Shown here: positions 35,287 through 36,416 of the stretch, one piece after another
How the letters are laid out: every line of letters starts with the position of its first letter
How positions within the stretch are numbered: the first letter of the stretch is position 1
Notes under the pieces: generated by a model
Told to the model about the DNA's origin: nothing
The model's database searches: none
What the model saw: the letters and a program-made list of their open reading frames with translations, nothing else
Made by a program: the position numbers and the translations under genes
Source of the DNA: an uncultured Spirochaetia bacterium
GTDB taxonomy: Bacteria > Spirochaetota > JAHITG01 > CAYQNP01
Assembly (NCBI GenBank): GCA_964418785.1
Contig: CAYQNP010000231.1
Span: forward strand, 1-36,416
Length of the DNA: 36,416 nucleotides
Direction of reading: 5' to 3'

Positions 35287-36416
35287 TCATCTAATAACAC
35301 CTATTTTTTTAGGCTTTAACATTGCCATTTTATCGTTAACCTTAATCATAATAAGATATATTCCTGTTCCAACTTTATTTCCCGAATCATCTTTTAAATC
35401 CCAATAAGTTTTATAATCATAATTATCCGCACCCACTTCAATTCGTCTCACCAGAACCCCGGTAATCGTATAGATTTCAAATTCTACCTTACTTCCTGTA
35501 TTGACACGATATTCCAAGACAACATTTTCAGCATCATTTAACCTTACAGGATTAGGATACACAGAAAATGCTGTGGTTACATTTGAATAAATAACATGAG
35601 CCGGCTCCATATTAGTTATAACAGTAAAAGAATAAGCAGGAATATATAATGAGTCTCCCATTTGCCCTAAATTATTTACCTGTAAATAAGATTCTGAAGG
35701 CAGAATTCTTAAAGGATTATTTGTCATCTGTAAAACATCACCTGAAGAACCAAATCCGGTTGTAGATACAATATACGCATTTGCTGAGAAATTCACTATA
35801 AACGCACTGCTTTTTTTATTTTCATGATAAAACTTCCAGCCAATAACTGCAGAGTAATTAGATATCCCTGTAGCAGAAAGAATTGGAACATTATTAAACT
35901 CTAAAGAAACTATGCTTGATGCATTATTTATCAAAGGACTTAATAAACTTAATATTTTTCCTTTTACAGTTAATTCACCCTTTGCAGTTGTTAAATTTGC
36001 GCCGGAAGGATAATAATAATTATAATCCGACAACCAATCTGTATCTTCCCACATATAAGAAGCTCCGCCTCTGTCAAACTGCTGTCCGCAGAAAAATTCT
36101 ACTCTATTATCCCTTAAAAAAACATCTATCTGTGCAAGCATAAAAAGACCATGTGCCCAGGTGTATTTAATCGGCGGTTCATAATCACTATGTAAATCAA
36201 ACTCTGTCACCCATATAACCGTATCATCCGGCAGATCATTATTTGCGCGCAATAAAGCCCAATCAGACTTAGGCGTACCTAATAATTTAACTATACCATC
36301 ATCTGCTGTAAACTCATTCCATATTTCAGCTTCATTGGTTCCTGAATACGGTAATCGGGGGTACCAATGTATTATTACCGCATCATTATTAGTACAATAA
36401 TTTAATACATCCTGAT
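35287..36416 (-). CDS. Glycoside-hydrolase-like protein (clan GH-A-like nucleophile region plus beta-sandwich) with a T9SS C-terminal sorting domain; 5' end outside the window
   Basis: The track start at 36252 is a TTG. My translation stays open in frame to 36416 (...IIHWYPRLPYSGTNEAEIWNEF...). It contains TVIWVTEFDL and an IPAYSFTVITN beta-sandwich end, then the sorting tail. Confidence 0.6.
   Translation of the reverse strand, partial: QDVLNYCTNNDAVIIHWYPRLPYSGTNEAEIWNEFTADDGIVKLLGTPKSDWALLRANNDLPDDTVIWVTEFDLHSDYEPPIKYTWAHGLFMLAQIDVFLRDNRVEFFCGQQFDRGGASYMWEDTDWLSDYNYYYPSGANLTTAKGELTVKGKILSLLSPLINNASSIVSLEFNNVPILSATGISNYSAVIGWKFYHENKKSSAFIVNFSANAYIVSTTGFGSSGDVLQMTNNPLRILPSESYLQVNNLGQMGDSLYIPAYSFTVITNMEPAHVIYSNVTTAFSVYPNPVRLNDAENVVLEYRVNTGSKVEFEIYTITGVLVRRIEVGADNYDYKTYWDLKDDSGNKVGTGIYLIMIKVNDKMAMLKPKKIGVIR
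35290..35565 (-). other. T9SS type-A / FlgD-Ig-like C-terminal sorting domain
   Basis: SVYPNPVRLNDAENVVLEYRV...FEIYTITGVLV...WDLKDDSGNKVGTGIYLIMIKVND...KKIGVIR is paralogous to 9606-9869. Confidence 0.7.

Noticed and set aside
3348-36143. About 21 further plus-strand ORFs of 61-120 aa (for example 3348-3596, 3654-4016, 4993-5271, 7291-7551, 12327-12608, 17186-17494, 23259-23543, 31830-32096, 35916-36143)
   Set aside because: Each lies antisense within a long minus-strand gene that has clear family motifs. They have no RBS, low-complexity composition and no recognisable motifs. Such shadow ORFs are expected in AT-rich DNA with few stop codons on the complementary frame.
1-36416. Search for CRISPR arrays, tRNA/rRNA genes, transposases, integrases, toxin-antitoxin or defence-system genes, and SusC/SusD pairs
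   Set aside because: None was found by reading the translations and intergenic regions. There are no spaced direct repeats, no DDE, tyrosine or serine recombinase motifs, and no TonB-dependent receptor. The repeats that exist are coding repeats inside the giant surface protein.

Overview
Strongly AT-rich bacterial window in which every credible gene (24 ORFs plus one I added) lies on the minus strand. No rRNA, tRNA, CRISPR array or mobile element was seen. The content is a large sulfated-glycan utilisation cluster. It looks like it comes from an FCB-type diderm, because it has T9SS C-terminal sorting domains and a PorV/PorQ-like barrel but no SusC/SusD. There are six Cys-type formylglycine (S1-like) sulfatases. 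Five have no signal peptide and one carries a perfect twin-arginine signal. Other components are a CUT1-type ABC importer (membrane-anchored binding protein plus two permeases, no ATPase), a cytoplasmic GH94-like phosphorylase and a GH3 enzyme. Secreted enzymes include a GH10-like protein, a clan GH-A protein, a beta-helix protein and an SGNH esterase. A TauE/SafE anion exporter and a LacI-family regulator are also present, and tatC-tatA sits at the 3' end. Four things stand out. (1) Import of still-sulfated sugars followed by cytoplasmic desulfation and phosphorolysis, encoded in a roughly 21.6 kb, 14-ORF operon. (2) A cre-like palindrome TG[C/G]AAnCGCTTCCA present four times, once in each of the four larger intergenic gaps from 7486 to 33036 (the tatC gap lacks it), two copies downstream of near-consensus sigma70 promoters. 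(3) A giant repeat-rich T9SS cargo gene of about 1709 codons interrupted by a single in-frame TGA, although TGA is a normal stop elsewhere in the window. (4) A TauE exporter that could remove sulfate released in the cytoplasm. Family assignments come from motifs I could read directly and were not confirmed by any search.
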